From assembly GCA_964529745.1 (NCBI GenBank), contig CAZGZR010000003.1, positions 1,420 through 65,419 of the forward strand: a stretch of 64,000 bases of DNA, given 5' to 3'. The translations under genes were made by a program, and so were the position numbers. The notes below the pieces were generated by a model. The model did not search any database and had not been told where the DNA came from. It saw only the letters and a program-made list of their open reading frames with translations. Origin of the DNA: an uncultured Candidatus Bathyarchaeia archaeon (GTDB lineage Archaea > Thermoproteota > Bathyarchaeia > TCS64). This document shows, piece after piece, positions 63,592 through 64,000 of the stretch. The stretch's first letter is position 1; each line of letters starts with the position of its first letter.

Positions 63592-64000
63592 TTGAAGCCA
63601 CGGGACATCCTCCTCACCGCCATCAACGGCCTCAACGAGCGTAAGTTCAGGCTTGGCCTTAACGTCCTGGGCGTGCTCATAGGCATCGCGGCCGTCACGG
63701 GCCTCGTGAGCATCACCCAGGGCCTCTCCCAGGAGGTGAGCGGCCAGCTTGAGATGTTCGGCCCCAACAACGTCATGGTGGTGCCCTTCGAGATACAGCC
63801 GGGTCGCGGCCTCGTCGGCGAGAGCTTCAACTGGCGCGACATCCAGATACTGGAGAAGACGCCCCACGTCAAGTACATGACACCCATCGTAGGCAGCAGG
63901 CTCGCCAGCTACAGCGTACGCGGCGAGGTCTACGTCTGCAACGTCTACGGAGCCGAGCCCATCTACTTCGACATCTTCAGTTACTACAAGATGGCTGAAG
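63592..64000 (+). CDS. MacB/FtsX-like ABC permease (3'-truncated by window)
   Basis: Own translation from TTG 63592: MKPRDILLTAINGLNERKFRLGLNVLGVLIGIAAVTGLVSITQGLSQEVSGQLEMFGPNN..., clearly paralogous to 47066-48259. Confidence 0.88.
   Translation, partial: MKPRDILLTAINGLNERKFRLGLNVLGVLIGIAAVTGLVSITQGLSQEVSGQLEMFGPNNVMVVPFEIQPGRGLVGESFNWRDIQILEKTPHVKYMTPIVGSRLASYSVRGEVYVCNVYGAEPIYFDIFSYYKMAE

Noticed and set aside
1..64000. CRISPR arrays, tRNA/rRNA genes, IS elements, proviral or defence genes
   Set aside because: No regularly spaced repeats, cloverleaf or rRNA-like segments, transposase/integrase catalytic motifs or capsid genes were seen; intergenic gaps are at most about 300 bp.

Overview
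A gene-dense, GC-rich stretch of an archaeal chromosome. The marker genes (priL, priS, Gins51, rpl44e, rps27e, aIF2-alpha, nop10, archease, Alba, Pth2, NusA-like, TFS-like) show it is archaeal. A TACK lineage, plausibly Bathyarchaeia, is my inference only. Housekeeping islands (replication/translation cluster, guaA-archease, serS, nadCA, nth, alba-nusA-aspS-pth2) are separated by many peptide/amino-acid scavenging genes: a Liv-type ABC importer, two M28 peptidases, M42, C45, a GGT-like acylase, amidohydrolases, RidA and GGCT. I saw no tRNA, rRNA, CRISPR array, integrase or transposase. The best candidate for an undescribed system is at about 33.5-38.7 kb. There a PLP fold-II enzyme is transcribed divergently from a MurL-like PP-loop epimerase and a D-Ala-D-Ala-ligase-like ATP-grasp enzyme, with an EamA exporter and a RidA nearby. 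This is peptidoglycan-type peptide chemistry with no canonical Mur genes in the window. Other notable items are an unannotated Cys-rich micro-ORF between priL and priS, a TFS paralogue lacking the catalytic DE pair, an anti-sigma-type zinc finger, two pseudogenes missed by the ORF track, and several phased operator-like arrays. All family calls come from motif recognition by eye, not from database searches.
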